Numbered from the stretch's first letter, positions 37,642-48,626 are shown. The stretch: 64,000 bases of DNA from an uncultured Acidobacteriota bacterium (GCA_963777605.1 CAVZRV010000031.1:32001-96000); one strand, 5' to 3'. Made by a program: numbers and translations. The notes: generated from the letters alone by a model not told the origin.

Positions 37642-38670
37642 ATGGTTGCTGAAAACCTGACAGGTGGTTTGATCCTCGTTCTACTGGCTGGGCTCTGCCA
37701 GGGGAGTTTCATGCTCCCGATGAAATTCACGAAGGACTGGGCGTGGGAAAACGTCTGGCTGATCTTCGCCGCGACCGCATACCTGGTTTTGCCGTGGCTG
37801 ATTGTGCTGTTGACCGTTCCGCAATTCCGGCAAGTCCTGTCTGATACCAGTGGAGCCACGATACTGCGGACCCTCGGTTTTGGTCTCGGCTGGGGACTCG
37901 GGGCGTTGACCTTCGGACTCGGAGTCGATTATCTCGGGCTGGCGCTCGGGTTCGCCGTTATCCTTGGGCTGACGTCAGCGATCGGCACGCTGGTCCCGCT
38001 CGCTGTCCTGTCGCCTGAAACCCTCTACTCCTGGAACGGCGCGGGCATTCTTCTCGGAATGCTGATCGTACTCGGAGGCCTTGCAGTCTGCGCAAGTGCC
38101 GGAAAACTCAAAGAGGAGTCGCTGTCCGGCGGCGGACGCTCGGTGACCGGGAAGCAGCCGCGTTCATTCTTCCTGGGCCTCGTATTCTGTATCGTCTCCG
38201 GTGTCCTCTCGCCGTTTGGCAACCTGGGCTTCGCCTTTGGCTCCGAGATCACCGAGGCAGCCCTTCGACACGGAACTCCCGAGAGCTATGCATCGAACCC
38301 GCTCTGGGCGATCATCACCATCCCTCTTTTCATATGTAACGTTGGCTACAGCATCTACCTGTTTACAAATCACGGGACCTTCTCGAATTACCGCACCGGG
38401 CCGGGAAGAAACTATCTCCTGGCTGTCGGTATGGGCGCCCTTTGGATTGCAGGGATGACACTTTACGGGTCGGGAGCGAACCGGCTTGGAGAACTTGGGT
38501 CCTCCGTGGGATGGGCCATTCTGGTCTCTTCGATGGTCATTGTCGCCAATATCCTGGGAGTGGTCACGGGTGAGTGGAAAGACAGCGGATCGAAGCCCCT
38601 CGGGAGGATGGGTGTCGGCCTCGTGCTGCTGATTCTGGCAATCTTTGTGATTGGCTTCAGCAAACCGTGA
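37642..38670 (+). CDS. L-rhamnose/proton symporter RhaT-family protein
   Basis: GSFMLPMK..WAWENVW, WGLGALTFG..YLGLALG, GEWK. Confidence 0.85.
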   Translation: MVAENLTGGLILVLLAGLCQGSFMLPMKFTKDWAWENVWLIFAATAYLVLPWLIVLLTVPQFRQVLSDTSGATILRTLGFGLGWGLGALTFGLGVDYLGLALGFAVILGLTSAIGTLVPLAVLSPETLYSWNGAGILLGMLIVLGGLAVCASAGKLKEESLSGGGRSVTGKQPRSFFLGLVFCIVSGVLSPFGNLGFAFGSEITEAALRHGTPESYASNPLWAIITIPLFICNVGYSIYLFTNHGTFSNYRTGPGRNYLLAVGMGALWIAGMTLYGSGANRLGELGSSVGWAILVSSMVIVANILGVVTGEWKDSGSKPLGRMGVGLVLLILAIFVIGFSKP

Positions 38671-38728
38671 CACCGATAAATTGTGCGAACCCGAAGAGTC
38701 GGGAGCGCGCCCAAACAGGACATCTATT

Positions 38729-40285
38729 ATGAACCGCCGAGAATTTATCAAGAACAATGCACTGGTCGCCGCGACCCTCCCGGGGTTTCCCCGGAATTCC
38801 GGAGCGGCTGCGTCCTCCGCATCGCCGTTTCGAGCCGGCTTCGCCGAACGGGATATCACACCGGAAATTGGAATGGAGATGCCCGGCGGTTACGGCAAGG
38901 CGTATCTCAAAAGCTTCCACGATCCCTGCAAGATCAGGGCAGCCGTGTTCGATGACGGAACGTCTCGCGTTGCCCTGGTCGGAGTCGATGCCCTGATCGT
39001 GCCCCGGCAACTCGTGGTGGAAGCCAGGGCGGCCATTCAAAATCAGTGCGGCATCGCACCTGCGGCCATCCTGATCGGCGCTTCCCACTCCCACTCATCC
39101 GGGCCGGTCGGAATGGTGCAGCCCGGCGAATTTGATCATGCTTCAGACCTGGTGAAACAGCTCGCCTACGAAGAGAGTTCTTGTGCCAATGCAGCGTACC
39201 TCCAGAAGGTGCTGCGGGCGGTCGTGGCAGGAGTAGCGGAGGCCGACCGAGAACGGGTTGCGGCGAGGTGTGGCGTCGGATTCGGATTCGAAGACGGGGT
39301 TAGTTTCAATCGTCGTTTCAGGATGTCGAACGGGTTGACCTACACCCACCCTGGTCAAGGGAATCCCGACATCGTGGAACCCGCCGGCCCGATTGATCCT
39401 CAAGTCGGGGTCCTTGGAGCCTGGGACGCAAACGACTCCCTGATCGGATGCATTGTCAACTTCGCGTGTCATGCCACGACCAACCCGGGCGGTATCTCTG
39501 CGAACTGGATCTACTACATGGAGAAGACGCTCCAGGCCGTTTTCGGTACGGGTGTTCCAGTTGTGTTCCTCCAGGGTGCCTGCGCAGACGTGACCCAGGT
39601 AGACAACCTGAGCCCTTATAAACGTCGAACCGGACTCGAGGAGGCGAAACGTGTAGGCGGAAGGGTCGGAGCCGAAGCGGTCAAGGCATTACTGACCGTT
39701 GACAAGGGGGCCCTCACGCCGGTCGGCGCAGCGTCAACACTGCTCACTTTTCAGCGACGAATACCCCGCGAGGACCGGGTCAGAGACTGTCTTTCTGCAG
39801 TGCGAAGGAACCCGGATGAAATTGGAAAAACTGAATGGACTTTCGCGAAGGAGATCGTCCTGCTCCAGGCTCTGATCGATCAAATGCCGGAAGTGCAGGC
39901 CGAAGTACAGGCGGTGCAGGTTGGACCGGCCGTCTTCGTTTCCAACCCGGCAGAGTTGTTCTGTCAGCTCGGGCTCGATCTGAAGGCCAAGAGCCGATTC
40001 CCGTTCACATTTCCAGTGGAACTCGGTAATGGATCGGTTGGTTACGTCCCGACCCGAGAAGCGCTCGGGGAGCACGGGGGAGGTTACGAAACGCGCTTGA
40101 CCAGCTACAGCAATCTGGAGGCCGGTGCAGGCGACCGGCTCGTTAAGGCTGGTCTTGAATTGACCGAACGATTTCAACCGGGGGACACTCCGAGGCGAGA
40201 AGCCGCCCCGCCGTTCGCAGGGCAACCAGGTGCGATCGGAGGTTCCGCCTGGTCCTACGGCAATGTGCCTCCGGAATTGGACTGA
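38729..40285 (+). CDS. Tat-exported neutral/alkaline ceramidase-like hydrolase
   Basis: MNRREF signal; GFAERDITP, HDP, ASHSHSSGP, FNRR, NFACH, GYVPT..GGYE. Confidence 0.78.
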   Translation: MNRREFIKNNALVAATLPGFPRNSGAAASSASPFRAGFAERDITPEIGMEMPGGYGKAYLKSFHDPCKIRAAVFDDGTSRVALVGVDALIVPRQLVVEARAAIQNQCGIAPAAILIGASHSHSSGPVGMVQPGEFDHASDLVKQLAYEESSCANAAYLQKVLRAVVAGVAEADRERVAARCGVGFGFEDGVSFNRRFRMSNGLTYTHPGQGNPDIVEPAGPIDPQVGVLGAWDANDSLIGCIVNFACHATTNPGGISANWIYYMEKTLQAVFGTGVPVVFLQGACADVTQVDNLSPYKRRTGLEEAKRVGGRVGAEAVKALLTVDKGALTPVGAASTLLTFQRRIPREDRVRDCLSAVRRNPDEIGKTEWTFAKEIVLLQALIDQMPEVQAEVQAVQVGPAVFVSNPAELFCQLGLDLKAKSRFPFTFPVELGNGSVGYVPTREALGEHGGGYETRLTSYSNLEAGAGDRLVKAGLELTERFQPGDTPRREAAPPFAGQPGAIGGSAWSYGNVPPELD

Positions 40286-40329
40286 TCAGCAGAGTCAATC
40301 GCGACTGCCACTCCATCGACCTCTGCGTC

Positions 40330-41517
40330 CTAGTGGGGTTGCGGGCGCCACGTTTGAGAGTCGAGCTTCACGACACCACCACGCTCGATTGACAGCCTTC
40401 CGGCTCGAGCACAGGCCACGGCACGTGCGCCATCGGCCGCATCCGCATTTTCCGGCACCCGGCCTTCTGACACCGCCTGGCAAAACTCTTCAAGCGCTTC
40501 CCCCCACCCCTTGTTCGGAGCATAGTTGATCTGGGGGGGTGGCGGGTCACCGAGCAGCGTTCGAAACCTGTCCCAGGCTGCCGTATCTGACGAATCCCGC
40601 AGGACACCGGCGTCTAACGCAGCGCGCTGATACCAGCGTCTCAATTCCAGGAGGGCAGTCCTGCCCCGTTCGGAGAAATCGTTGACGTGGCGATTGTCAC
40701 ACCCATCGTACGGCCGGCCTGAAAAGCGGGTCACTTCAGGCAATCCCCTGACTCCAAAGCTCCGCACTTCCACAAAGTCTTCCATTTCAACGGCCGCACG
40801 GTCTGTGATCGCTTCCAGGCGTTCCTTGGGCTGTTCCATGGTTCCCCATGAAGACGAAAGAATTGTGGCCTGGCTGCCATTCTCGAATCCCACAATAAGG
40901 CTTGCATCGTTGAACCGGGCCTCGCGCGCGTAGACCGATTCAGGTTCGGACCGAAAGAGGTATGCAAGATAGTCGAAAATGTGAACGATTTCTACCAATA
41001 GACGGCAACTCCGTTTCCAACTTTGTTCCGGAGGCCGGATTCGGTCATCGTCACTGATCCGGTAAGAGACCGACACCGGCGGACCTGCAGCGTCGAATGC
41101 CTGGCGGACCAGCCTCGTAGCTGGGGCGAAGCGCCGGTTAAACCCCACCGCGACCGGAATCCCTCGCCTTGCCGCCTCTCGCTGCACCGCAAGGCAATCT
41201 TCGACCGATTCAGCCAGAGGCTTCTCGACATACACCGGTTTTCCGTTCCGCAGTGCGGCCCGGGCCATCGACGCGTGCAAATGCGGCACGACACCGACTA
41301 CGACTACGTCAACCTCCGGGTCCTCAACCAGATGCTGCCAGTCAACACTGGTGCGGACGGCCTCGTACCTCGCCGCCACCCGGCCCAGCCGCTCACTGTC
41401 ACGGTCGGCGAGGTGCTGCAGACGTAGCCCAGGGCTTCGTCCGATTGTCTGGATATGCTGTCGACTCATGAACTGCCCGCAGCCGATGACACCAACTCGA
41501 ATTACCTGATCCGTCAT
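40330..41517 (-). CDS. Gfo/Idh/MocA oxidoreductase
   Basis: GVIGCG, VYVEKP, VGFNRRFAP, VHIFD. Confidence 0.9.
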   Translation of the reverse strand: MTDQVIRVGVIGCGQFMSRQHIQTIGRSPGLRLQHLADRDSERLGRVAARYEAVRTSVDWQHLVEDPEVDVVVVGVVPHLHASMARAALRNGKPVYVEKPLAESVEDCLAVQREAARRGIPVAVGFNRRFAPATRLVRQAFDAAGPPVSVSYRISDDDRIRPPEQSWKRSCRLLVEIVHIFDYLAYLFRSEPESVYAREARFNDASLIVGFENGSQATILSSSWGTMEQPKERLEAITDRAAVEMEDFVEVRSFGVRGLPEVTRFSGRPYDGCDNRHVNDFSERGRTALLELRRWYQRAALDAGVLRDSSDTAAWDRFRTLLGDPPPPQINYAPNKGWGEALEEFCQAVSEGRVPENADAADGARAVACARAGRLSIERGGVVKLDSQTWRPQPH

Positions 41518-41574
41518 CCAGTCCTCTCCGTAGAAAGCTGAAGCAACCGCATGGTCTCCCGGGAGTGAATCATC

Positions 41575-42639
41575 CTAGCCCGGCTCCCTGAGTTCGTTTC
41601 CCGAGAACGAATTCCGGACCTCTTCACGCAAACTGTGGAAAAATTCCGGCGACCGCTCGTCGAGCCAGCGGTTGACGATTGGAAACGGTCCAAGAACGAA
41701 ATCAACCCTCTCGGAAGGCTGAACTTTTCTGCTTCCCCTCAGGCGCATCTGAATCCATCGCGATCGAATCAGCAATGGGAGTGCTTCCCACTCAACGCCA
41801 TCCAGTGGGACAAGAGTCTCGTACCCCCTCAGGAGGAGAACAGCCCGACGCAACTCCAGTTCGAAGGGCTGGGTGAGACTCCAGATTTCGTCAGGATTGA
41901 ACGGAGACTGGTGCTTCGCAGCAAAAAACATGAGCCCGTCGGACAGGTCACGCACCCGGCTCTGTCGGCTGACGTAATCGAAATCATAGACGGCGGAGAC
42001 CTTGGAATTGTGAAATCGGACATTCCCCGGGTGGACATCTCCGTGAATGATCGACTTGGGAAGGTGATCGTACAAGAAGGTGTCAAGTCGCTCACGGCTC
42101 CTTTCCAGCTCTTCCTCGAAAGCCGCAAGTCCCCGCCTCCTGGCCGGATCATCACAAAGTTCTCGAAGTGATGAAACGTAGGGCTGGAGAAGGTCCGGAT
42201 GATCTTCTCTGAGCATGCCATTCTTGCCCGGCGGTGATACCGTGGACAGTACTCGGTGAAATCTCGCCAGAAACCTTCCCAGTTCGAAAACTGAGTCCGA
42301 GTCATTCGGATCGAAGGCTGAACCTGTCAACCAGCTCAGAGCTTCGTAAAGATGTTCGCCGTGGCACAACCAGGTCATCCCGTCCAACGCCGGACGCGGC
42401 AACGGAACCGGCAAGCCTGCCCCATGGCAAAGCCGAAGAATGGCATGGTCAAACGCGACAGCCAACTCTCCCGGCTCGTCAGCCGGCCGCATGCGCAGCA
42501 CAAATCTTCCCTCAGGACCGTCCACCACCCACTTGGGGGAGGCGGTACCGCCAGCCTTCTCAAGGGACCGGTAGCGAGCCAAACCGAAACGGCCAAGAAT
42601 GTTGAACAACTCCGCCGATGAAGGAATGTCCCGCGTCAT
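41575..42639 (-). CDS. APH/homoserine kinase type II-like phosphotransferase
   Basis: LARFH, IHGDVHPGN, YDFD; ATGA overlap with the upstream gene. Confidence 0.85.
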   Translation of the reverse strand: MTRDIPSSAELFNILGRFGLARYRSLEKAGGTASPKWVVDGPEGRFVLRMRPADEPGELAVAFDHAILRLCHGAGLPVPLPRPALDGMTWLCHGEHLYEALSWLTGSAFDPNDSDSVFELGRFLARFHRVLSTVSPPGKNGMLREDHPDLLQPYVSSLRELCDDPARRRGLAAFEEELERSRERLDTFLYDHLPKSIIHGDVHPGNVRFHNSKVSAVYDFDYVSRQSRVRDLSDGLMFFAAKHQSPFNPDEIWSLTQPFELELRRAVLLLRGYETLVPLDGVEWEALPLLIRSRWIQMRLRGSRKVQPSERVDFVLGPFPIVNRWLDERSPEFFHSLREEVRNSFSGNELREPG

Positions 42640-45011
42640 CTTCCGGGCCAATCGAGAAAGCGATGAAGAAACTCGAAGGTCCCTACTCCATGGATCTCGT
42701 GAACTCCGTTGAAGAACTCGATGCGGGTCCGATCGCCGTGACCCAACTCATCATACAGCCTCCGCACTTTTGCATACTCGTGGGTCACCCATTCATCGAG
42801 TCCCACACCGTCCCGGTGGCCACGTTCGACCATAAACGGACGCGGGAACATCAGATAAGCCATTTCCGCATAGTTGTAGGTCATGCCGAGGTCGAACTCA
42901 TACATCTCGTATTCCCGCGTATACATGTAACTATTCTGCCAGTCAACAGTCACGTTCTTCCAAATCCATTCGTTGAAATCGCCCGAACAGATGGACAAAT
43001 TGTAATCCTCGAGAATTGCAGGTACGCGCATGGCCGTCTTGCCACCGTAACTCAGCCCGTAGAAGCCGATGTGATCCGGGTCGACATAAGGCAGGCTTTT
43101 CAGCCACCGAAGCAGCTGTTGATGCTGTCCGACAATGAACGAGAACAACGAGAGTTTGAGCGGATTGGCCATGAACTGGAGCTTGCGGAACTTCTCCTGT
43201 CCCCGATACGGATTGTGAGGAGCGAACACGATGAAACCTTCATCCGCAAGCCGCGCGGCAAATGCCTGGTAGGCTCCGAAGCTGTCGACTCCGTTTTCGA
43301 TGACATCGCGGGGCAGGCCTTCGAGACCGTGCTGTGCGACCACAACCGGGCGCCTTTCGCCTGGTTTCAGGTCCTTGGGTAACAGCAACACTCCCCAGGA
43401 GAATACGTCGGGCCAAACATCGAGGACTACGTCGTATCCGGTCCAACCCGGTCGGTCATAGACCCTGCGACTCCTGGCGGCCGGGGGAAGGAGCGGATCA
43501 TCCACCTTCCCAATGACCTCCTCCCAGAATTGCTGCCGATATTTCCTGGCGGCGTCCTCGAAATCGCGGGCCGAACTCATCGGCATCCTGTCCAGGAAGC
43601 GCTGATCTCGAACTCGGTGCGAAACCTTGAGCAGATGCTGAACGTGATCCTGGATTTGACTCACGAGCCGGCGCTGGCGTTCCCTCGGGTCGAAGCCGGC
43701 TCTGAGGTCTCGCAGGGACTGTGACTGGATCGAAATCTGAGGAGTCGCGCCGGGCACAAGCGCGCCAAGAAATGCCTGCAACGCATCTTCCGATCCGAAT
43801 TCGCCCCGGTCCAAGGGGCCCTTCGCAGGAATCAACTGGATAGTACCCCGGGCGGTTTCCGGCAGTTTGGCTGAAAGAGTCCGGGCCCTTTCAAATTCGG
43901 AGAAAATCCGTTCGGCCGGTGGAGTCTCTATCCTGCCCGGGGCAGCGGCATTTCTTCTCCCTTCCTCCGCAGGCCGCGGTCCCTCGACTCGTGGCATCTG
44001 GCTGTTTTCGATCACGAGGCCTCTGGGAATGATCAAACCGGCAATCTCGGCATCCCCGAATTCCTGCAGGAGCGACCAGACGTTCCGGTAGATCGGCTCC
44101 TCCCAGACCGACTCTCTGGGTTGGAAGTACCCGCTCACAAGACATGCGCTGATCCTCTGATCGGCCGCGGCGGCGTAAAAGGCGATCAGACCTCCCTCTC
44201 CATAACCGACGAGACCGATCGGAGTCGACGGGTCCTGCTCCTTAAACCAGTCGACCGCAGCGAGTACCTTTTGAACTTCGTAACCGATCAAGTGGCGCCC
44301 CATCTCGTAAGCCATGCGGTACAACCACTCACGGTGAGGCATGTTCGTCATTCCCTGGGTCTCACCGAGTTCAGGGTTTCCGGAGAACTCACTCGAACGA
44401 TCAATCAGTGTCGGCACCAGAACCAGGAATCCGTTCGCGGCTAACGTCCGGGCAAACTGCGAAGCGGGCTTGATGCCGGGCGCCAACCCCGACAACTGCT
44501 CCGGAGTCTGGTCGGCGTCCGGAATGGCGACAATCCTGGCCAAGGGTTTTCCCTTCGGCTGCAGGAGCAGTCCTTCACTCCAGACTCCTGCAACCGACTC
44601 CCACCGGACTTGAGAAATGGTGAAAACCCCGGCTTCCGCGACCGTAGAGACTCCGGGGTAATCTCCAAAAATCTCCAGGTTTGCCGAGACCCGCTTGTCG
44701 ACAAGTCCGATGATCCTCCTGAAATCCTCCCGGTTGCCTTCAACTGACGCAGAGTACGCCTCGGCAGAAGCGAAGTCCCTTTGCCAGAACTTCTCACGCT
44801 TTCCGACCGACTCTGCGAGGGCACGGCTGAGATACCGGTCAATCCCCGCGACCATCATTTCAGAGAGGTCGCCCTGCCAGGTCAGAGGTTCAGTCCCGAC
44901 AACTGTGCCGGCATCCTGAGCATGAGCGAACACCTGAATCAGCAAGCAGATAAAGCCGCAACAGAAACAGAATCGACGCTTATTCAAGGGAAATTTCCTT
45001 CCTCGAAACAT
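42636..45011 (-). CDS. Exported tandem alpha/beta hydrolase (dienelactone hydrolase/esterase-like)
   Basis: Signal peptide; GYGEGG in domain 1, GLSYGG in domain 2; QHGLEG; C-terminal Asp/His (RDG..GVHE). Confidence 0.82.
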   Translation of the reverse strand: MFRGRKFPLNKRRFCFCCGFICLLIQVFAHAQDAGTVVGTEPLTWQGDLSEMMVAGIDRYLSRALAESVGKREKFWQRDFASAEAYSASVEGNREDFRRIIGLVDKRVSANLEIFGDYPGVSTVAEAGVFTISQVRWESVAGVWSEGLLLQPKGKPLARIVAIPDADQTPEQLSGLAPGIKPASQFARTLAANGFLVLVPTLIDRSSEFSGNPELGETQGMTNMPHREWLYRMAYEMGRHLIGYEVQKVLAAVDWFKEQDPSTPIGLVGYGEGGLIAFYAAAADQRISACLVSGYFQPRESVWEEPIYRNVWSLLQEFGDAEIAGLIIPRGLVIENSQMPRVEGPRPAEEGRRNAAAPGRIETPPAERIFSEFERARTLSAKLPETARGTIQLIPAKGPLDRGEFGSEDALQAFLGALVPGATPQISIQSQSLRDLRAGFDPRERQRRLVSQIQDHVQHLLKVSHRVRDQRFLDRMPMSSARDFEDAARKYRQQFWEEVIGKVDDPLLPPAARSRRVYDRPGWTGYDVVLDVWPDVFSWGVLLLPKDLKPGERRPVVVAQHGLEGLPRDVIENGVDSFGAYQAFAARLADEGFIVFAPHNPYRGQEKFRKLQFMANPLKLSLFSFIVGQHQQLLRWLKSLPYVDPDHIGFYGLSYGGKTAMRVPAILEDYNLSICSGDFNEWIWKNVTVDWQNSYMYTREYEMYEFDLGMTYNYAEMAYLMFPRPFMVERGHRDGVGLDEWVTHEYAKVRRLYDELGHGDRTRIEFFNGVHEIHGVGTFEFLHRFLDWPGR

Positions 45012-45027
45012 GAATCAGATGATATGG

Positions 45028-45056
45028 ACTATGAAGTTTCCATCTCAAATTGTCAA
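45028..45056 (-). promoter_or_regulatory. Putative sigma70 promoter
   Basis: Minus strand TTGACA-17 nt-CATAGT immediately upstream of the 45011 ATG. Confidence 0.55.
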
Positions 45057-45443
45057 TAATTCTAATTGCAGGAGTCAGGACGGGCAAGAGAGAACCGCCG
45101 GGGGTTTGATCGTCCTATCCAGAACACCAAAAACCACCAACGAGACGTGAAAAGCAGACTTCCGAAGCGAGGTTCAAACGTCTCCCGAAGATTCCGCCGC
45201 GGGGACGGGAGCGATCAACTTCCTCCATGCGTGAGTCGAAACCCGCTCCGCTAATGGTAGACCAGTCAACACATCCGTCGCGGCGTCAATACTGCCCGGG
45301 TGCGTTTCCGCCTCAAACTTCAGCGGAACCCGATTCGCCGGGATTAGCAGGTAAAATTCGGCTCCAATCGATGAGACATCCGTCGGCTTATTCATCGATT
45401 CATCGATCTCTCACGACGAACCGGACACCAGCCAATCACGGCT

Positions 45444-46505
45444 TCATCGATTCGCCTGGGCCCGGCCCGGGTCGGGCTCGGATCCTGACCCTGAGGATTT
45501 ATCGCCTTCGCGATCGGAACTCTCTTTTTCCGGCAGGGTTTCCGGATAATTCATCGCCAGGCGATGAATTTCGAAGTTGAACTCGTGAAATCGGTGCTTC
45601 CAGAGCAGGGACTCCTCGGGAGTGTACTCGTAAAATCCTCGGCCGTTGGAAATCCCCCGCCCCCCCGAGTCGACCACCTCCCTGATCAACCGGGGCACCT
45701 CCGGACTGGAGCAGAGCTCGGGCAGGAGTTCACTCATCACCTTTTCATAGGCCTCCACTCCCATCAGATCCATGTAGCGAAGGGGCCCGGCGAAAGTGAT
45801 CCAGTAACCAACGTCGTTTCGCAAAGACCGGTCGACATCCTCCACACTCGCGACCCCGGACTCCACCAGGTGCAATGCTTCCCGGAACATGGCATACGAA
45901 ACCCGGTTGGTAATGAACCCCCGAATGTCCTGCTTGAGCACGGTCGGCTCTTTCCCCCAGAGCCTTGCCAGGGCGGTCACGGTTACAACATGTTTCTCCC
46001 GGGTCTCCTCCCCTTTGATGATCTCCATGAATCGCGTAACGTGCGCCGGTTCGGACCAGTGGATGCCAAGAACGCGTTCGGGGTGGGTCAGACCCCGCTG
46101 CAAAATGGTCGGGGGAATGGCCGACGTATTACTGCCGATAATTGCAGTCGGCTCAATCTCCTGTTCGACTCTTCTCAGGGTCTCTTTCTTCGATGCCAGG
46201 TCTTCGGTGACGCACTCGACCACCAGGTGACTGTCACCCAGTCCCCCGGGGTCCTCCACCAGGTGGAAGCGACTCATCAACTCCTGAAGATCGCCCACCA
46301 GGAACTCCTCGTCGAGGAGTTCCTGCAGTTGCCGCCTGACCTCGACCGGAGCCAGGAGTCGATGTTGCAGATCCTTCTCATAGCCTTTGACACGATGGCC
46401 TGAGGCCAGCAGGCAGGAAGCAATGCTGGTCCCCATGAGACCGACTCCAACGATTCCAACAGGAATCTCGGCAGGATTGAGCTCCGGCAATGCATTCCCG
46501 CTCAT
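45444..46505 (-). CDS. 3-hydroxyacyl-CoA dehydrogenase family protein
   Basis: GVGLMG, VECVTE..K, SNTS, GIHW, GFITNR, GRGFYEY. Confidence 0.92.
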   Translation of the reverse strand: MSGNALPELNPAEIPVGIVGVGLMGTSIASCLLASGHRVKGYEKDLQHRLLAPVEVRRQLQELLDEEFLVGDLQELMSRFHLVEDPGGLGDSHLVVECVTEDLASKKETLRRVEQEIEPTAIIGSNTSAIPPTILQRGLTHPERVLGIHWSEPAHVTRFMEIIKGEETREKHVVTVTALARLWGKEPTVLKQDIRGFITNRVSYAMFREALHLVESGVASVEDVDRSLRNDVGYWITFAGPLRYMDLMGVEAYEKVMSELLPELCSSPEVPRLIREVVDSGGRGISNGRGFYEYTPEESLLWKHRFHEFNFEIHRLAMNYPETLPEKESSDREGDKSSGSGSEPDPGRAQANR

Positions 46506-46894
46506 TGGATCTCCCCGTTCGTTCTGGCAACGGCGTCAATCTCGACCCGAATCCCTCCCCAGAGTTTTGCCTGGACGGTGGTTCTCGCAGGGGGGACATT
46601 CGGAAAGAACTCTCGATACGTGGCATTGAACCGGTCGAAATCTTCGATGTCACTGAGATAGCATGTGCACTTAACCACGTCTTCGAAGTCGCAACCGGCA
46701 GCCGCCAGGATCTTTCCGACGTGGGACAACGTCAGTCTTGTCTGCTCTTCGATGGTTCCAGGTACGACGTTCCCGGTTGAAAGATCGAGCGGTCCCTGAC
46801 CGCTCACATACAGCCAGCCATCTAAGACCACTCCGTCTGAGTAAGCCCCGGTTACTACCTTCTTATCAGGATGTCTAATGGATTGTCGCGGCAT
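46502..46894 (-). CDS. RidA/YjgF family protein
   Basis: YS, YVSGQ, VVK, FN..Y..FF, PARTT, VEID. Confidence 0.95.
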   Translation of the reverse strand: MPRQSIRHPDKKVVTGAYSDGVVLDGWLYVSGQGPLDLSTGNVVPGTIEEQTRLTLSHVGKILAAAGCDFEDVVKCTCYLSDIEDFDRFNATYREFFPNVPPARTTVQAKLWGGIRVEIDAVARTNGEIQ

Positions 46895-46982
46895 TGCATT
46901 CTCCTCTCATCACACCGTCGGGCGATATGAGATCAGTTAATCAGCGGCGATCCCGATATGGGGTCCCGTTCAAGTCCTGCAA

Positions 46983-48626
46983 TCAGGCCATTCGATCAAG
47001 AATCGAGGACAGATCTTCCTCGACGCGGACCGGCGTTCGCCCGTAAGGTGCCCGAAGCGCACGACCCGGAGTCAGACCGGTCGGGGAACCTCGTTCGAGA
47101 ACGATCTTCCCGTTGACAACAACCCAATCAACTCCCCGGGCAAGGCTGATTGGATTTTCGTAGGTGGCCGTGTCGTTCAGTTGGTCGGGGGCGAATACAG
47201 TCAGGTCCGCAGAGAACCCGGGCCGAAGGATTCCCCGATCCAACGCTCCCACCCTTCTTGCCGCACCGGATGTGATCTTGCGGATTCCTTCCTCCCAGGT
47301 CAGAAGTCCCAAGTCACGCACGTAATGTCCCAAAAACCGCGCATGGGAGCCCCAGCCTCTGGGGTGGGGACGGGAACCGATTAGAATTGCGTCACTGCCC
47401 ACCATGTGAGCCGGATGGCACATGATCTCCCGGACATTGCCTTCTTCCCCGATGTGCACGAGACAGGAGACCCGAAATCTGGATTGGATCACCAGGTCCA
47501 GAAACAGGTCGAACGGCGTCTTTCCGGACAGCGCAGCTGCCTTGAGGAGAGACTGTCCGGCAAGGCCGGGATCACCCTCTCCAAGAATGCTGCCAATCTG
47601 GATCATCTCCCAATCAACCGGCATTCCAAAGAACCCGTCGGATCCGGTTACCTCGACCTCATGACGAACCCGAGATCGAATTTCCGGAATTCGCAGCCGA
47701 TCGAGAACTTCATTGGTTTCCCCTTTCTGGACCCAACTCGGCAACAGAGAGTGGAGGTATGTGTTCCCGGCCAGGTACGGATAGCTGTCCAGGGTGACTT
47801 CGACGCCATCTCGTCTCGCCTGATCAACGGCAGCCAGCAGTTCTCCGGCTCTCCCTCGGTTGGACGGGGTGCTGACGTGACAATGGGTCAGGTGAAGCGG
47901 CACGCGGGCTCGACGCGATGTTTCAATGCAGTCGTAGCAGGCCTGGAGCACTTCGATGCCATAGTTCCTGTGGTGAGGGCAGTAAAAGCCGTGGTAGGGC
48001 CGGAGAGCTTTGCAGAGATCAACGACTTCTGCATCATCGGCATACATTGCCGGGACGTAGGTAAGCCCGGTGGAGAGGCCAACCGCCCCTTCTTTCATTC
48101 CCAAATCAACGAGGCGTTTCATCCGTGTCAACTGGTCGGGCGTGGGCCTGCCGTCAGCCATCCCCATGACCGCCATCCGGACCGTCCCGTGCGGAACGAG
48201 CATCGCGACATTTACAGCAGTTGTCTCCTCGAAACGGTCGAGGTAAGTGGTGATGGAACTCCAATTCCAGTCGATGTCGGGTTCACCATTCCAACTCGCC
48301 AGCCGCTCACGGAGGACGGCGGCCGTGCGAGAGGTCACGGGAGCCAAACCAAGACCATCGTGTCCCAGAACTTCGGTCGTGATGCCCTGTCGCAGCTTGC
48401 ATTCATGCAGCGGGTCGGCGAACAAATCCAGATCGGAATGGGTGTGCAGATCGAAAAAACCGGGACACACGATACAGCCGTCCGCATTGACCGTGTGGCG
48501 GGCTGAACGGCCTCGGAGTTGTCCGATTTCCGCGATCCGGCCTCCAAGGACGCCCACATCTCCCAAAAACCAGGGTGTGCCCGTGCCATCGATCACACGC
48601 CCACCCTGGATCAGCAGGTCAAACAT
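46983..48626 (-). CDS. N-acyl-D-amino-acid deacylase
   Basis: VIDGTG, PGFFDLHTHSD, QGITT, GLSTGL, YPY, GSD..HPRGWG. Confidence 0.92.
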   Translation of the reverse strand: MFDLLIQGGRVIDGTGTPWFLGDVGVLGGRIAEIGQLRGRSARHTVNADGCIVCPGFFDLHTHSDLDLFADPLHECKLRQGITTEVLGHDGLGLAPVTSRTAAVLRERLASWNGEPDIDWNWSSITTYLDRFEETTAVNVAMLVPHGTVRMAVMGMADGRPTPDQLTRMKRLVDLGMKEGAVGLSTGLTYVPAMYADDAEVVDLCKALRPYHGFYCPHHRNYGIEVLQACYDCIETSRRARVPLHLTHCHVSTPSNRGRAGELLAAVDQARRDGVEVTLDSYPYLAGNTYLHSLLPSWVQKGETNEVLDRLRIPEIRSRVRHEVEVTGSDGFFGMPVDWEMIQIGSILGEGDPGLAGQSLLKAAALSGKTPFDLFLDLVIQSRFRVSCLVHIGEEGNVREIMCHPAHMVGSDAILIGSRPHPRGWGSHARFLGHYVRDLGLLTWEEGIRKITSGAARRVGALDRGILRPGFSADLTVFAPDQLNDTATYENPISLARGVDWVVVNGKIVLERGSPTGLTPGRALRAPYGRTPVRVEEDLSSILDRMA

